From the IMG/VR virus record IMGVR_UViG_3300044556_000025, positions 28,564-92,563 of that record: a stretch of DNA of 64,000 nt. One strand, given 5' to 3'. The first letter of the stretch is position 1. Each line of letters begins with the position of its first letter. This DNA is from a virus. Its lineage: Duplodnaviria > Caudoviricetes. Positions 35,778 through 46,824 of the stretch are shown here, in pieces. The notes under the pieces are model-generated. The model saw only the letters and a list, made by a program, of their open reading frames with translations. It had not been told where the DNA came from and ran no database searches. The translations under genes were made by a program, and so were the position numbers.

Positions 35778-38700
35778 GTGCGTAAGTATATGGCTGACAA
35801 CAATAACACGAATGCCAATAACATAGACTTCAGTGGCCTTTATCAAGACAATAGGACAGAACAAGACTACTTGAGATCGATAGATCGTCGCCTTAAAGAT
35901 CTAACTTCGCAGCTGTCTAATATGTCACAGGCGTCTGCCCAAGACCGACGAAATAATACGTCTGACCAGAATTGGCGCAACGCAGGCAAAGCAGACGCAC
36001 AAAAAGCTCGCCGTCGTTTACAGAATTCACAAAAAGACTTCTTAGACGGCATAGACGAAGCTGTTTCGCAGGCTCTGGGTCTTTCTGACATGCAGAAGCG
36101 TCTAGAAAAAGCTGCTGACGAGTTTGCCGACGCTTTGGGCGCAAATATAAAAGACATGCCATATAAGCTGGGCAAGAAGTCTACAGAGTACGCAATTTCT
36201 ATATTTGAGTCTGTGCCGGGAGTAAAGCCGCTAGCCGACCAATTAACTAAAAGCCGAAACGCATATTTCGAAGAAGCCCTTAAGTACCAGAAGAACGCGA
36301 CAGAGCGAATCAAAGCGCAGAGAGAAAAAGCGGAGCTAGAAGCCAAGAAACAGCAAATTGCGGCTGAGAAGTCTGAATTTGCAAAAGCTTTCTCGTCTGA
36401 AAAGGGAACAAAGGGATATAACGAAGCTCTAGGTGAATACGACGATCAGCTTTCAGACATAGAAAAGAAGATAGCCGGAATTAAGAAGCCCGGAAACATT
36501 GGGTTCAAAGGCTTAAAAGACGTATTTACGTCTGACATGTCATCATGGAGAGACTTTGCATCTAACGCAAAGTCAACAATAGGCTCTAACTTTATGAGCG
36601 GGTACGGCCTTGTCGGCGACTTGTCAAACGGGGCAGGGAAAGAGCTTTTAGCTAAATTTGCGCCAGACATTGCAGACGCTGTATCTGGTGGGTTGTCGGG
36701 GCTACTTTCTGCCTCGGGAGGACCCGTTGGACTTGCAATAACTGCGGGCGTAGAAGTTATTACAAGCACTATAGACGCAACGTTAGGCAAGAGCCTCGAG
36801 AACGTAGCCGAAGACTTCGATAAGCTGATGAAGGGTCTTGCGACAACCGTAAACCGAGGCGCAGACTCTGCACGCAAGGCAACAGAAGAAGGAAACAAGC
36901 GCTTACGAGCCGATACAGAAACGCTTATTAGAGAGCCCTTCGAAATACTTAAGAAGTCAGCTCAAGAAGTATATGACGCTTGGGACAGCAACGTAAGGCT
37001 TATAAATCAGACTCAAGGGTATTCTAAGACCGATCTCATGAATTTGATGGAGAGCTACTCGTCTCGCTTGAAGTCTGAGGGCCTAACGTCAGAAATTGAC
37101 GCAGCTAACATAACAAACAACTTAGCAAAAGTCCTTCAGTCCGGCCTACAAGGCGACGTTGCGACAGAGTTTGCATACGAAGCTACAAAGCTTAACGCTG
37201 CTATACCGACACAGGACTTCTTCCAGTACGCTAGTACGTATGCGTCTCTAGCCGCAAACGCTGTCAAAGACGGAATGTCTCAAAGCGAAGCTATTAAATA
37301 TGCGACGCAACAATTAGAGCTATTTGCGTCAGACATTGCGTATGCCAGCAGGCAGCTCACTGGCGGGTTCTCGTCTGGGTTGTCTGACGCAGCAGATCTG
37401 TTCCAGAAGGCTGTTCAAATATCTGTAGCTGCAAAGACTAATAACCCGTCAAACCTTGCAGGAACTCTTACGTCTGTCTCAGCTACAGTAGGAGCTGTAG
37501 CACCAGATCTTACGTCATCTATAGTAGACGCTGTATATAATGCGGCTGTAGGAGGAAACAGCAGTCAAATAGTTGCTCTCAGGTCGTTGGCTGGCATCAA
37601 TGCGTCAAATACCGAGTTCTTAAAAGAATTCGCTAACAACCCTCAAGGAATACTATACGATCTATTCTCTAAGCTCGGCAGCATGCAGAAGATGTCTTCT
37701 TCTAACTACATGGAAGTTGCTGAGGGCTTGTCTAACGTATTCGGAATATCTTCAGACGCACTGTCTCGAGTTGACTTTAATTACTTAGCCGACGCTGTTA
37801 AGAGTATGAAAGTCAGCAATTCGTCGCTACAAGAAAATATAAGCTTGCTGAAGTCTGGTCAGTCTACGACAAACGCCGACCAGATGAAGATGGATCAAGT
37901 TAACAAATATATCCTAGACGAAGGCCTCACATACGTACTAGACAACGAAGCGGGTCGCGCAATACAGGAGCACATGTGGGACGAACAAGAGAACATTAAG
38001 CTTATGCAGAATACCTACGGAGTAGAGCTCCGAGGCCAAGCTTTGTCACTCTTAACGTCTATCGGTTCTACAATACAAACTATCCTCGGTTTCTTGAACC
38101 CATTCTCATCATATAACCCACTAACTAATCTGATAAAGACTACGGTAGAAGCTTCCACAGCTGACGACAGCGTTAAGGCAGTTCTCGAAGCCGGAAAGAT
38201 AGGCTCAGGGAATCAAGAAGTTCTTAGCAATCTTACAACTTACGGCAAAGACCTCAATCTAACTAATAGCTATCTGTCTATGATACAGAAAGCCGTTTCG
38301 GGACAGCCTACAAAGTACGAATGGGGCGAGCTTGCTAAGAGTGCGTACAAGAGCTTAGGTACGTCCGCTACGGGCGCACAAATCTCTTCTGGCTCATCGA
38401 TAAACAACGCAAACTACTCTAAAACGATAAATCTTCAGAGAATGGGGTCGAGCTTCTCCAGGATGCTCGATACCATGCCAAACTTCTTTACGTCTACAGT
38501 AGATGACAAAGTTCAGAACGCTATAAAACAAGAGACATCTCGCTTAGCTTCAAATTACGTAAATGAAATATCTAAGAGCACTATATCGAAGACCGTAGAC
38601 GAATATATCGCTAACCCTGAGAAGTATGGAATTGGCGACATTATATACAGCTCTAAGCTTGCGGGAGCTAGCAAAGCGTCGGGGCTTTCTGGTTTCAACG

Positions 38701-39611
38701 AAGAGGTTCAAGCAAGATCGCGTCAACTGGTAGAGCAAAAAGTAATTTCTGATCTTACAGAAAAAGCTAAACAAGACGCTAAAGCCCAAGCTTATCAGAA
38801 CGTCATTACAAAAGCCGATTCCGGATATTACGGAAGCACGGGCTACAATGCGTGGGCAGCGTCTGCGTCAAAGTACGGAATATCCGATCTTGCGTCTGTA
38901 ATGGACGAACTCGGATATACAGAAGCAGACGTGCAAAATTACTTTAACACGTTAGATGCTCAATACGGTCAGCGTGCAACGCAAGAACGCGAAAAGACTG
39001 AGGAAGATTTCTGGCAAAACGTACAAGATCTACTTACGCTTTCAAACTCTTACGTACACGACGTATTTGACAAAGGCGACGTCATGGGCATATTCTGGCC
39101 CGGTATAGACAGCTGGCTCAGCGATATTGACTCTACGGGTACGTCAGGCGGAAAGACAGTAGGCGGGTCCGGGTTCCGCGGTGAGATGAATGAATGGTTC
39201 TATCAAACCGACGCAGACATAAACTCGTTCCATACAGAAATGATAACCCAGTTTAAAGAGTTTAGAAAAGACTGGACAGACTTCTATATCAATCACACAA
39301 CATATACACAGCACCTTACGGGTACGTCTGATGGTAAATCACTCCTAAATCAGCTGGACGAAGTAAAGTCTAAGGAAGGGAAGACGACAGAAGACGTTAT
39401 TAACACGCTGTCTGACGCACTAATGAAGAACAACATAGGCGATCTGCTCGACCCAACAGTGCAAACAAACGTGTTCTTGGCGTCTATATTGCAGGCAGTT
39501 CAAACGATTGTTCAGCAAAACAACACTCAGGGCAAGCTCAAGCTACCTGACGCAATTTCTGCTCTTGCAACGGGCATGACCGTTAGCACTAATACAAATA
39601 CAAATGCCTAA
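35778..39611 (+). CDS. Tape measure protein
   Basis: 1277 aa, Ala/Ser/Gln-rich and helical; follows the chaperone in gene order; start may be the ATG at 35790. Confidence 0.8.
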   Translation: MRKYMADNNNTNANNIDFSGLYQDNRTEQDYLRSIDRRLKDLTSQLSNMSQASAQDRRNNTSDQNWRNAGKADAQKARRRLQNSQKDFLDGIDEAVSQALGLSDMQKRLEKAADEFADALGANIKDMPYKLGKKSTEYAISIFESVPGVKPLADQLTKSRNAYFEEALKYQKNATERIKAQREKAELEAKKQQIAAEKSEFAKAFSSEKGTKGYNEALGEYDDQLSDIEKKIAGIKKPGNIGFKGLKDVFTSDMSSWRDFASNAKSTIGSNFMSGYGLVGDLSNGAGKELLAKFAPDIADAVSGGLSGLLSASGGPVGLAITAGVEVITSTIDATLGKSLENVAEDFDKLMKGLATTVNRGADSARKATEEGNKRLRADTETLIREPFEILKKSAQEVYDAWDSNVRLINQTQGYSKTDLMNLMESYSSRLKSEGLTSEIDAANITNNLAKVLQSGLQGDVATEFAYEATKLNAAIPTQDFFQYASTYASLAANAVKDGMSQSEAIKYATQQLELFASDIAYASRQLTGGFSSGLSDAADLFQKAVQISVAAKTNNPSNLAGTLTSVSATVGAVAPDLTSSIVDAVYNAAVGGNSSQIVALRSLAGINASNTEFLKEFANNPQGILYDLFSKLGSMQKMSSSNYMEVAEGLSNVFGISSDALSRVDFNYLADAVKSMKVSNSSLQENISLLKSGQSTTNADQMKMDQVNKYILDEGLTYVLDNEAGRAIQEHMWDEQENIKLMQNTYGVELRGQALSLLTSIGSTIQTILGFLNPFSSYNPLTNLIKTTVEASTADDSVKAVLEAGKIGSGNQEVLSNLTTYGKDLNLTNSYLSMIQKAVSGQPTKYEWGELAKSAYKSLGTSATGAQISSGSSINNANYSKTINLQRMGSSFSRMLDTMPNFFTSTVDDKVQNAIKQETSRLASNYVNEISKSTISKTVDEYIANPEKYGIGDIIYSSKLAGASKASGLSGFNEEVQARSRQLVEQKVISDLTEKAKQDAKAQAYQNVITKADSGYYGSTGYNAWAASASKYGISDLASVMDELGYTEADVQNYFNTLDAQYGQRATQEREKTEEDFWQNVQDLLTLSNSYVHDVFDKGDVMGIFWPGIDSWLSDIDSTGTSGGKTVGGSGFRGEMNEWFYQTDADINSFHTEMITQFKEFRKDWTDFYINHTTYTQHLTGTSDGKSLLNQLDEVKSKEGKTTEDVINTLSDALMKNNIGDLLDPTVQTNVFLASILQAVQTIVQQNNTQGKLKLPDAISALATGMTVSTNTNTNA

Positions 39612-39655
39612 GACTCTTATATGGGACAACGTACATAATAAAACGAGGAGAAGTA

Positions 39656-40048
39656 ATGAAGAAATATATTAAAGCTAATCAAGTCTCTATAACTAAGAGG
39701 CTTAGTTCACACAGAAACTCTAATGTCAGATATCTTGTAACAATATACGATGACGGGATGGGTTATAACCCATACGGAGACTCAGATCCGTATATGATGG
39801 CATTCGAAATTGTATGTGAGAACCCAAAGACTCCGTTTGCTAATTATTACGCTTCAAAAGAAAGTGAAAACAACTCTGCAATTATTTACGAGGAGTCTAA
39901 TGATAAAACGTCTAGGCGTCAGGTCGAGGCAGAGTCTGTTAGTGATGCAATGAGCGTTCAGGACGCAATATACGATGTAATAGATGTTATGGACGAATTC
40001 ACATTAAATATGGATCTTCGAAATAACAAATTTACCTCGTTGCGATAA
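39656..40048 (+). CDS. Hypothetical protein (MKKYIKAN N-terminus)
   Basis: GAGGAG RBS. Confidence 0.75.
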   Translation: MKKYIKANQVSITKRLSSHRNSNVRYLVTIYDDGMGYNPYGDSDPYMMAFEIVCENPKTPFANYYASKESENNSAIIYEESNDKTSRRQVEAESVSDAMSVQDAIYDVIDVMDEFTLNMDLRNNKFTSLR

Positions 40049-40103
40049 TCTGTGCACAGCACGCTAGTTTACGTTAAATCACTTCTCGAAGACGAGGGAA
40101 TAA

Positions 40104-43100
40104 ATGGATTTCATTAGGTTTGCGGCTGACACAACAAACATATTTCCCGCAGCTAACTCAAAGACAGGAAACCAGCTACTGACTGAGTTTAATCTTAAGT
40201 CTCGAGAGAGCGTGGTTACGCCGTCTGCCGTAAAATATAGTATCGGACCGTCGTTTACGCACTCCCAAGATGACTTCGTAGTTCGACTACAGCAAGACGA
40301 ACTAGGTGTTGCCGTATCGTCTACGACTCTCGAAATTACTGACGGTCGAGCTGTAATAAACGGTCACTACATCGAATCTTTAGCAAACGTAACTGTAGAC
40401 ATTGCCGAAGCTAACAGAGAGCTAATGTCTAAAGGGCTTTCTCCTCTAAAAGGTCATCTTGCAATTGGCTTGCGAGCTTTCTATTCGACAGAGCAGACGT
40501 TAGCTGCGTCAATGATTGCCGAAGACAGCAATGACATGTGGCCAGGAATTCAGATTGTAATCTTGCCAATTGGCAATATTGCTAACGGATACTTTGTAAC
40601 GCCCACAGATAGCCCAGAAAACGAAAACCTAGTCACCGCACACTTAAAGCTTGCTGACTTCTACTACATAAACGGTGGAGTTAGGGACATTCGTCAAAAC
40701 GAAAATAAAGTTCAATGCCTCGAAGCTATGCGAGTTAGCGATTTTGACGGGCTACTTGACAAGCACTATGTTCGCAAAGACGGACTTAATCCCAAAAAGA
40801 TGTACACTATGGCTGGAAAGTCTAACGACGGATCCAAAGTCTCTAATTCATCAACGTGGTGTGATTCGACAGATAGTTTGATTGTTTGGGACAGGGTTCC
40901 AGAACTTGCCGATTCTTCTGATGATACGACCTATGTGAATACTAATACGACATCTGGCGAGCGGCATCGTTTAGCTAAGAGTCTAGACGAAGCGTCTGTC
41001 ATGTATTGGGGTAACGGAGGATTCAATAAGTACAACGCGCAAGACAATAAGTCCCGCTACTCAGATGAAACAATAGCTCTCGTACTACCCCACAAAGAGC
41101 CCGATGGCGGCATGTGGTCTACTGACGGGAAACAACAGCACTATCTCCCGAGGATCATGGCATTGCCGCAAGCTGACTACTCATTAGAGACTCCCGGCAC
41201 GGTAACGTCTTCTTACACAAAGTCTATGAAGGCTATTAGTGAGAAGATAAACAATTTCTATCATCTCCCTTACGGAAAACAGCGTGCATATATTACGACA
41301 CTCGAATCGCGAACTCAGTCAACCTCAGGCCAAGACTATACGGCAGCTGGCAAGCCTCATACACTGCCTCACATTAACCCGAGTTGGTCTGTCGGCGACT
41401 ACGTACTAGTCGAGAAAGACAATACCGTTTCGTCTTCGACAGAATCTGGTATACAAGCGCCGTCTACACTATATGTAGTGCTGCCGCCTCAAGTAAGCCA
41501 GGTTACGCTCTTAGACAGATCTCCGAAGACAGACCCCGACGATCTTCCCGTAGGCTTTAACGGCACAGAGATCATGAAAGTCGTTCAGCCTTACGGCGGC
41601 AACGATGATGATGACAAAGACACAGTTCTTTCGACAATTGCAAGCCAATTCCAGTTCGACAATCAAGATGCTTATAACGAGACGTTCGGAATCCAGTCTA
41701 ACTATTCGGGCTCTACCGTAACGCCTTTGCGCGGCACGTTCACACAAATTTCTAAGTCCGCTACATATGCGACGGGTGAGTTCAACTCGACTGGCAAAGC
41801 TACCCCACCGATCTTACTCGAAGGCGAGAACGAGAAAGACAGATATTTCGACTATCAAGACTATGTTACTCTTCAAGTTACGGGGGTTCCTGACAGCGAA
41901 GACAGTAACGGCAACGTAATAAAGAAAGACTATTACTATTATTTCGCTGTAACTAACGTAGTAGCTAACACTACTTCATACTCTGATCCAATCGTACTTA
42001 CCGGTTCGATTCCTTATGCGACTACAGACACTATCGGCGGCTTCTTAAACGTAGACGAAACAAACACGGATGCTGGGTACATTATTCGTGACGAAACCGG
42101 CCACCTTAAGCTTCTCGATTATTCACTTCTTCGCTCTGGCATTTTAGCCTACCAGCTAGGTCACGACTATACGTTCGGTGACGGTCTGGGATACGAAGAA
42201 ATACAACAAGAGCTCGATGAGTATGTAAACGACCGAGTCGCTTTCTTAGACGATGACGAATACAAGTCGCAGTTTGCGACCTACCACCCAGAAGGTTCTA
42301 AGTTCCGCACCCCCATTGTTAAAATTTCTCTGAGTTTGCCAAAGTCCGATTCTGCCGTAACTGTAAGGGTAAAGGACATCGATAGTAGATTTGGAACTGC
42401 TGTTCATATTGCTATTACAGGCGAAGCTAACAAGAATACGACAGTAGTAATAGAGAATTGCGAGAAGCTTATACTGTCGTATGTTAAGTCTTCTAACACC
42501 ATAGAAAACTACTCGTCTCTAACAACAAACGAAGACTTCCCTCGTATAGTTGTCAAAAATTGCTGTGTCTTATACGACCCTAGTGCAATAAATGCCGTTT
42601 ACCTCTCACAGCAAGGATCGGGAATTGAAGGTACGGGATTTGACGCCTGCTCGCTGTGGCTTCCTCTAGAAGATGATTTAGCTACCGACGAAGCAAACGT
42701 TTCTAAATTAACTCTTGATGGTATGACAATACGAGCAACGACTACCCCGGTAATTGCCGAATCTAAAGACTTCTGGACTGAAAGCGTCGTAAACGATTAT
42801 CACTATTCTTATGCTCTACAGAGCTTGACGTTTAACGAAAAACTTCAAGTTGTCGGAATGGGCATTTATATTAGAAACGACTCTACTGAAAACATAAAGT
42901 TAGGCAAGACTTTAGTTGTCGGCAAGTTCGATCTACATTCTAACATTCACATGGAATATCCAGAGCTTGCAGTCGCTAACTCTAACATAACCATCGAGGG
43001 GTCTTTCGTAACGACCTATCCGACTGACTCTAGCGTAGGCGCGACGGGATCGGGCTATATAACTACTGACACTAAGTTTGCAATGAACACGGCTACTAGT

Positions 43101-43247
43101 CATCTATCAATATTGTCTGATTCGTATCTTGTTACAGACTTTGCGTCTCCCGACAAATACGAGTACGGTGCGTCAATAGACGAGTTCGAAGCTTCTAAGT
43201 TCCGAGTTTTCTATGGTTCCGGAATTGCTAATTGGCCTCAGAATTAG
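40104..43247 (+). CDS. Large virion structural (baseplate/tail) protein
   Basis: 1047 aa, beta-rich, in the tail module after the tape measure. Confidence 0.6.
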   Translation: MDFIRFAADTTNIFPAANSKTGNQLLTEFNLKSRESVVTPSAVKYSIGPSFTHSQDDFVVRLQQDELGVAVSSTTLEITDGRAVINGHYIESLANVTVDIAEANRELMSKGLSPLKGHLAIGLRAFYSTEQTLAASMIAEDSNDMWPGIQIVILPIGNIANGYFVTPTDSPENENLVTAHLKLADFYYINGGVRDIRQNENKVQCLEAMRVSDFDGLLDKHYVRKDGLNPKKMYTMAGKSNDGSKVSNSSTWCDSTDSLIVWDRVPELADSSDDTTYVNTNTTSGERHRLAKSLDEASVMYWGNGGFNKYNAQDNKSRYSDETIALVLPHKEPDGGMWSTDGKQQHYLPRIMALPQADYSLETPGTVTSSYTKSMKAISEKINNFYHLPYGKQRAYITTLESRTQSTSGQDYTAAGKPHTLPHINPSWSVGDYVLVEKDNTVSSSTESGIQAPSTLYVVLPPQVSQVTLLDRSPKTDPDDLPVGFNGTEIMKVVQPYGGNDDDDKDTVLSTIASQFQFDNQDAYNETFGIQSNYSGSTVTPLRGTFTQISKSATYATGEFNSTGKATPPILLEGENEKDRYFDYQDYVTLQVTGVPDSEDSNGNVIKKDYYYYFAVTNVVANTTSYSDPIVLTGSIPYATTDTIGGFLNVDETNTDAGYIIRDETGHLKLLDYSLLRSGILAYQLGHDYTFGDGLGYEEIQQELDEYVNDRVAFLDDDEYKSQFATYHPEGSKFRTPIVKISLSLPKSDSAVTVRVKDIDSRFGTAVHIAITGEANKNTTVVIENCEKLILSYVKSSNTIENYSSLTTNEDFPRIVVKNCCVLYDPSAINAVYLSQQGSGIEGTGFDACSLWLPLEDDLATDEANVSKLTLDGMTIRATTTPVIAESKDFWTESVVNDYHYSYALQSLTFNEKLQVVGMGIYIRNDSTENIKLGKTLVVGKFDLHSNIHMEYPELAVANSNITIEGSFVTTYPTDSSVGATGSGYITTDTKFAMNTATSHLSILSDSYLVTDFASPDKYEYGASIDEFEASKFRVFYGSGIANWPQN

Positions 43248-43259
43248 GCGGATGACAAC

Positions 43260-43907
43260 GTGTTTAGCTATGACATAATAAAGATATTACTTTCAGACGA
43301 AGGCTATCTTCCTGACTACCCTCCGCACCTTATTGGCGACGACGAGATGTGTAAAGCTTTCTTAGCTCCCAAAGGTGAAGATGCAGAGTTCCAGTACTTC
43401 GTAGACAATTATTATCTTGCCGACGGTCTAGGCAACGATAATAAAATGACAGACGCATATAAAACACTTCAAACAGCTATCAGGTATCATCTATGCCGTG
43501 CGTCTACTTCTGTTGAAGAGTTTAACGTACCTATACCGAATTGGGTGCAAGCGTACATGTTTGGAGCCGTTGTTTCTCATAACAGTTCGCAGCAGGACAA
43601 ACACTGGATGCTGACCCAGATGAACGAAGACAATATAGATGACGTAATTACTCCGCAAATCCAGTCAGACATATTAGATGCTTCTTACAACATTATTCAT
43701 CAATACAATAACTCAGTGAGGAAAGTAACGTTAAGTCAGTGTCTGTCTGGAGTTAAAGATGAACATAAAAATGAATGTGAAGAAGAGCTCTCTTACTGGG
43801 GAGTTTTAGACAATTTGAGATCAGACTATGGTTTAGACTCCCGACCTCCTTTTATGTTTGGAGAGTTATCGTTTATAAAATACTTAAGAGTTAGGGCTTC
43901 TGCCTAA
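43260..43907 (+). CDS. Hypothetical protein (tail module)
   Basis: 215 aa; coupled to the next gene. Confidence 0.65.
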   Translation: MFSYDIIKILLSDEGYLPDYPPHLIGDDEMCKAFLAPKGEDAEFQYFVDNYYLADGLGNDNKMTDAYKTLQTAIRYHLCRASTSVEEFNVPIPNWVQAYMFGAVVSHNSSQQDKHWMLTQMNEDNIDDVITPQIQSDILDASYNIIHQYNNSVRKVTLSQCLSGVKDEHKNECEEELSYWGVLDNLRSDYGLDSRPPFMFGELSFIKYLRVRASA

Positions 43908-44914
43908 TGAAGTACGTCGCAATATATCCAAACGATACGTTAAAGACATTCTCCGACCGAGTCGGATATCAGAATGTTAATCAGATCTTGTCTGACAATG
44001 GAATGAAGAGAACTCCTAATATTGGGAAACAGTGGCAAGCTCTTAAGAATAAGTATATAGAAACGACAGACGACCCTACATACGAAAGAAAAGTAGCGAT
44101 ATTAAACCGGTTTGTCGACAACTCAGACATTTACGAAGAGGCAGCTACGTCAGACTCTGACGGCTGGAAAGTTTTAGATGCTTCAAATAACTTCAAAAAC
44201 TATCTCTACGTTAATGACTCTATAGAGGATTCAATACCTGATTCGTATCAAGTTTTGGGTAACAGTATTTCAGTAACAAAAGACGTACAAGTGCTTGTAA
44301 ACAATCAGTTAATTACGGATAGCGTTGATTCTAACCTATTTAATTCGATACAGACTTCGCCGTTTGTCGGTCTTTCGGGTAATGCAGTGTCTTCTACTAA
44401 CCCGTTGCAATGGTTTAAGATACCATTTGACAAAGTAATGTTATATTCTTCCTTGTCAGATAGTACGATGGCAATACCTGCGTATCCAGAGTCTATTTCT
44501 GACGGTCACGTCGCAAACTATACACAGATGCCGGATCTCATTTATCAGTATGAGCCATGGCAGATGTACGTAAGCTCAGGTCCTCGTCAAGTTACGTTTT
44601 CTTTCGATCTTCACAGAGACATGTGGACGGGAGATCACAAAGACGGCAAAGCCGCCGAGTTAATACGATTCTGCGAAGCTAACTGCTACCCACGATACAA
44701 AGGTGCGTCTGTCGTACCTGCAACTGTTACACTTTACATAGCTGGAGAGCCCGAAATCCACGGAGTTATGACATCCGTTAACAAAACGTTTGACGGTCCG
44801 CTAGGGCAGCGAGATGACTTCTATCTTCATTTCACGTTAGATTTAACAATTATCGAGGTGTCTCAGGACGCTCTAAGTTATGACTCAGTAATACAAAAGT
44901 CGCTAATCGGGTAA
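43907..44914 (+). CDS. Putative baseplate tube-initiator (gp48/gp54-like) protein
   Basis: YPESISD...ANY...EPWQMY.SSGPRQVTFSFDLHR...YPRY...GVMTSV. Confidence 0.6.
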   Translation: MKYVAIYPNDTLKTFSDRVGYQNVNQILSDNGMKRTPNIGKQWQALKNKYIETTDDPTYERKVAILNRFVDNSDIYEEAATSDSDGWKVLDASNNFKNYLYVNDSIEDSIPDSYQVLGNSISVTKDVQVLVNNQLITDSVDSNLFNSIQTSPFVGLSGNAVSSTNPLQWFKIPFDKVMLYSSLSDSTMAIPAYPESISDGHVANYTQMPDLIYQYEPWQMYVSSGPRQVTFSFDLHRDMWTGDHKDGKAAELIRFCEANCYPRYKGASVVPATVTLYIAGEPEIHGVMTSVNKTFDGPLGQRDDFYLHFTLDLTIIEVSQDALSYDSVIQKSLIG

Positions 44915-44927
44915 GAGGTGAAAACTA

Positions 44928-45371
44928 ATGGCCTACGAATCACGCTTATTACACGATACGACAAAACCTTACGAGACAGTCGATTATCACGGAATAGAAT
45001 ATACGGTATGCCGAAACTTCGACTATATTTCTAGATACAAGCGACTTCGTCAAGTTATTCACTATACGGACGAAGATCACAATCGCTTCATTGCTCTCGA
45101 AACACAAAACGGGTACGATTATTCTAACGTAGAAGTAGAGTATTACATAGTACCGAATGACTACGAGAATCGTCTTGACCTAATAGCTTACGACAAACTA
45201 GGGGCAGCGTCTTATGCGTGGGTTATCGCATACCTCAATAATATAGAAGACGGCTATACAGTACTCGAAGGTCAGACGATAATGATACCGAAAGCACTGT
45301 CTGACCTCTTTAAGAGCGGATGTGTGTTAAGCTCTGTGCCGGCAACGTCTCTAAATCTAGGGACGGAATAG
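44928..45371 (+). CDS. Baseplate wedge LysM/gp53-like protein
   Basis: ENRLDLIAYDKLG...WVIAYLNNI...GQTIMIP. Confidence 0.75.
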   Translation: MAYESRLLHDTTKPYETVDYHGIEYTVCRNFDYISRYKRLRQVIHYTDEDHNRFIALETQNGYDYSNVEVEYYIVPNDYENRLDLIAYDKLGAASYAWVIAYLNNIEDGYTVLEGQTIMIPKALSDLFKSGCVLSSVPATSLNLGTE

Positions 45372-45372
45372 T

Positions 45373-46824
45373 ATGTTACGTCAGTCGTTCTGCAACTTCA
45401 TGTTAGCGGGCGTCAGTTTGTCCGAGTTTGGACTGAAAATACCTTCTAACTTCTCGTCACTCATACTAACAAACGCAGAAATATCTAGTATGACTACATG
45501 GGAGTTGAATTGTACTGTTGGCGGTGACGCTTCTCAAAACATTAATGTCTCTGCGTTCGAAGCATTGATATACAGCGCAGCGCAGTCGTCTATGGGCAAC
45601 AAGTCGGGAATACCAGTATCGTTTTTGTTTGGCTGGCTAGATGACAATGGAAACGTAGACAAATATCTGTCTTACCAGGGGTTCACGCTACAGTTTTCTG
45701 TTAGTACGTCCGGACAATATCTTCAATACAAACTTACGGGATATGCGACATGTGCAATACAGACGCAAATGCCCGTATTGAACATCCCTAGAGTATCAGG
45801 AATTGTTCAGCCGTCAGCTATTGTCGAAGCGCTAGCTAAAGCTGTCGGGGCTACTAGCTATTACGATCTTGACATAGATCATAACGACGCCCCGACTCTC
45901 GTGAGCCACGGAGACTTAACTACGTCTTTCAATAAGTACGTAGGCGGAACGTACAACGGTCAGGACGACTATGACTCGTTCCCGGGTTTGCTTCCGTTGT
46001 CAAAGTCATACAGCTCGTCTCGAGACGCAGCCGGCCTAGACAGAAACAAAGCGAAGTCTTTGTCATCTGTGTTAAACAACGTTACACAACAGCCCGTTTC
46101 TAACTTCTTGAAGAAATCGTACACAGACAATACGGTACAGAGCTCGTCTTTTTCATATTGGATTGACGAACCGACAATGACGTCTAAAGGCGTAATTCAT
46201 TATAAGAGCAACGCTGGGTTGATGGGTTCGTATACGTCAAATATACTTCAATATGGTACGTCAACGTCTAACATACTTCAGCTGTCTGGCAGTTACGACG
46301 GCGTAGCTTATAACATGACAGATATGAGCTTCTCGTCCTTGGGCTTTGCCGTCGATGGATCTGGCAACACTGTCGCACAAGGGGCGCAAGTCGTAAACTC
46401 TTGGAGTAGTTCTTTAGCTCAGGTATTTCAGCAAGCTAACATAATAAACGACGTGAACGCACTAGCCTCTCAGTTTTCTGGGGACTTCACAATAATACTT
46501 CCCGGAACAGCGTCAACATACGAAGTCGCTCAGCCCGTATCTCTTCTGGTAATGTCTGGAAACACGCTGTCGCCTATTTCTGGCATATACAATATAGTGT
46601 CTGTAGAACATCAGATATCTGTAACATATCTCACAGTTCTTAAGATACAACGACTTCAAATGTCGTCTGCCAATCAAGTAGCGTCACAACAAGGAATAAT
46701 AATACGAGGATCATCTTCTTATCCTTCGACGTCTTACAATACTACGTCTAATATAATATCGACGTCAAAAGTTGACTTCGGTAAGATTTACCCAACGTTT
46801 CAGGACATGAGGACGTCGTACTAA
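45373..46824 (+). CDS. Putative baseplate hub protein (gp27/gpD-like)
   Basis: Position; FLFGW; C-terminal SGIYNIVSVEHQIS..YLTVLKIQR. Confidence 0.6.
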   Translation: MLRQSFCNFMLAGVSLSEFGLKIPSNFSSLILTNAEISSMTTWELNCTVGGDASQNINVSAFEALIYSAAQSSMGNKSGIPVSFLFGWLDDNGNVDKYLSYQGFTLQFSVSTSGQYLQYKLTGYATCAIQTQMPVLNIPRVSGIVQPSAIVEALAKAVGATSYYDLDIDHNDAPTLVSHGDLTTSFNKYVGGTYNGQDDYDSFPGLLPLSKSYSSSRDAAGLDRNKAKSLSSVLNNVTQQPVSNFLKKSYTDNTVQSSSFSYWIDEPTMTSKGVIHYKSNAGLMGSYTSNILQYGTSTSNILQLSGSYDGVAYNMTDMSFSSLGFAVDGSGNTVAQGAQVVNSWSSSLAQVFQQANIINDVNALASQFSGDFTIILPGTASTYEVAQPVSLLVMSGNTLSPISGIYNIVSVEHQISVTYLTVLKIQRLQMSSANQVASQQGIIIRGSSSYPSTSYNTTSNIISTSKVDFGKIYPTFQDMRTSY

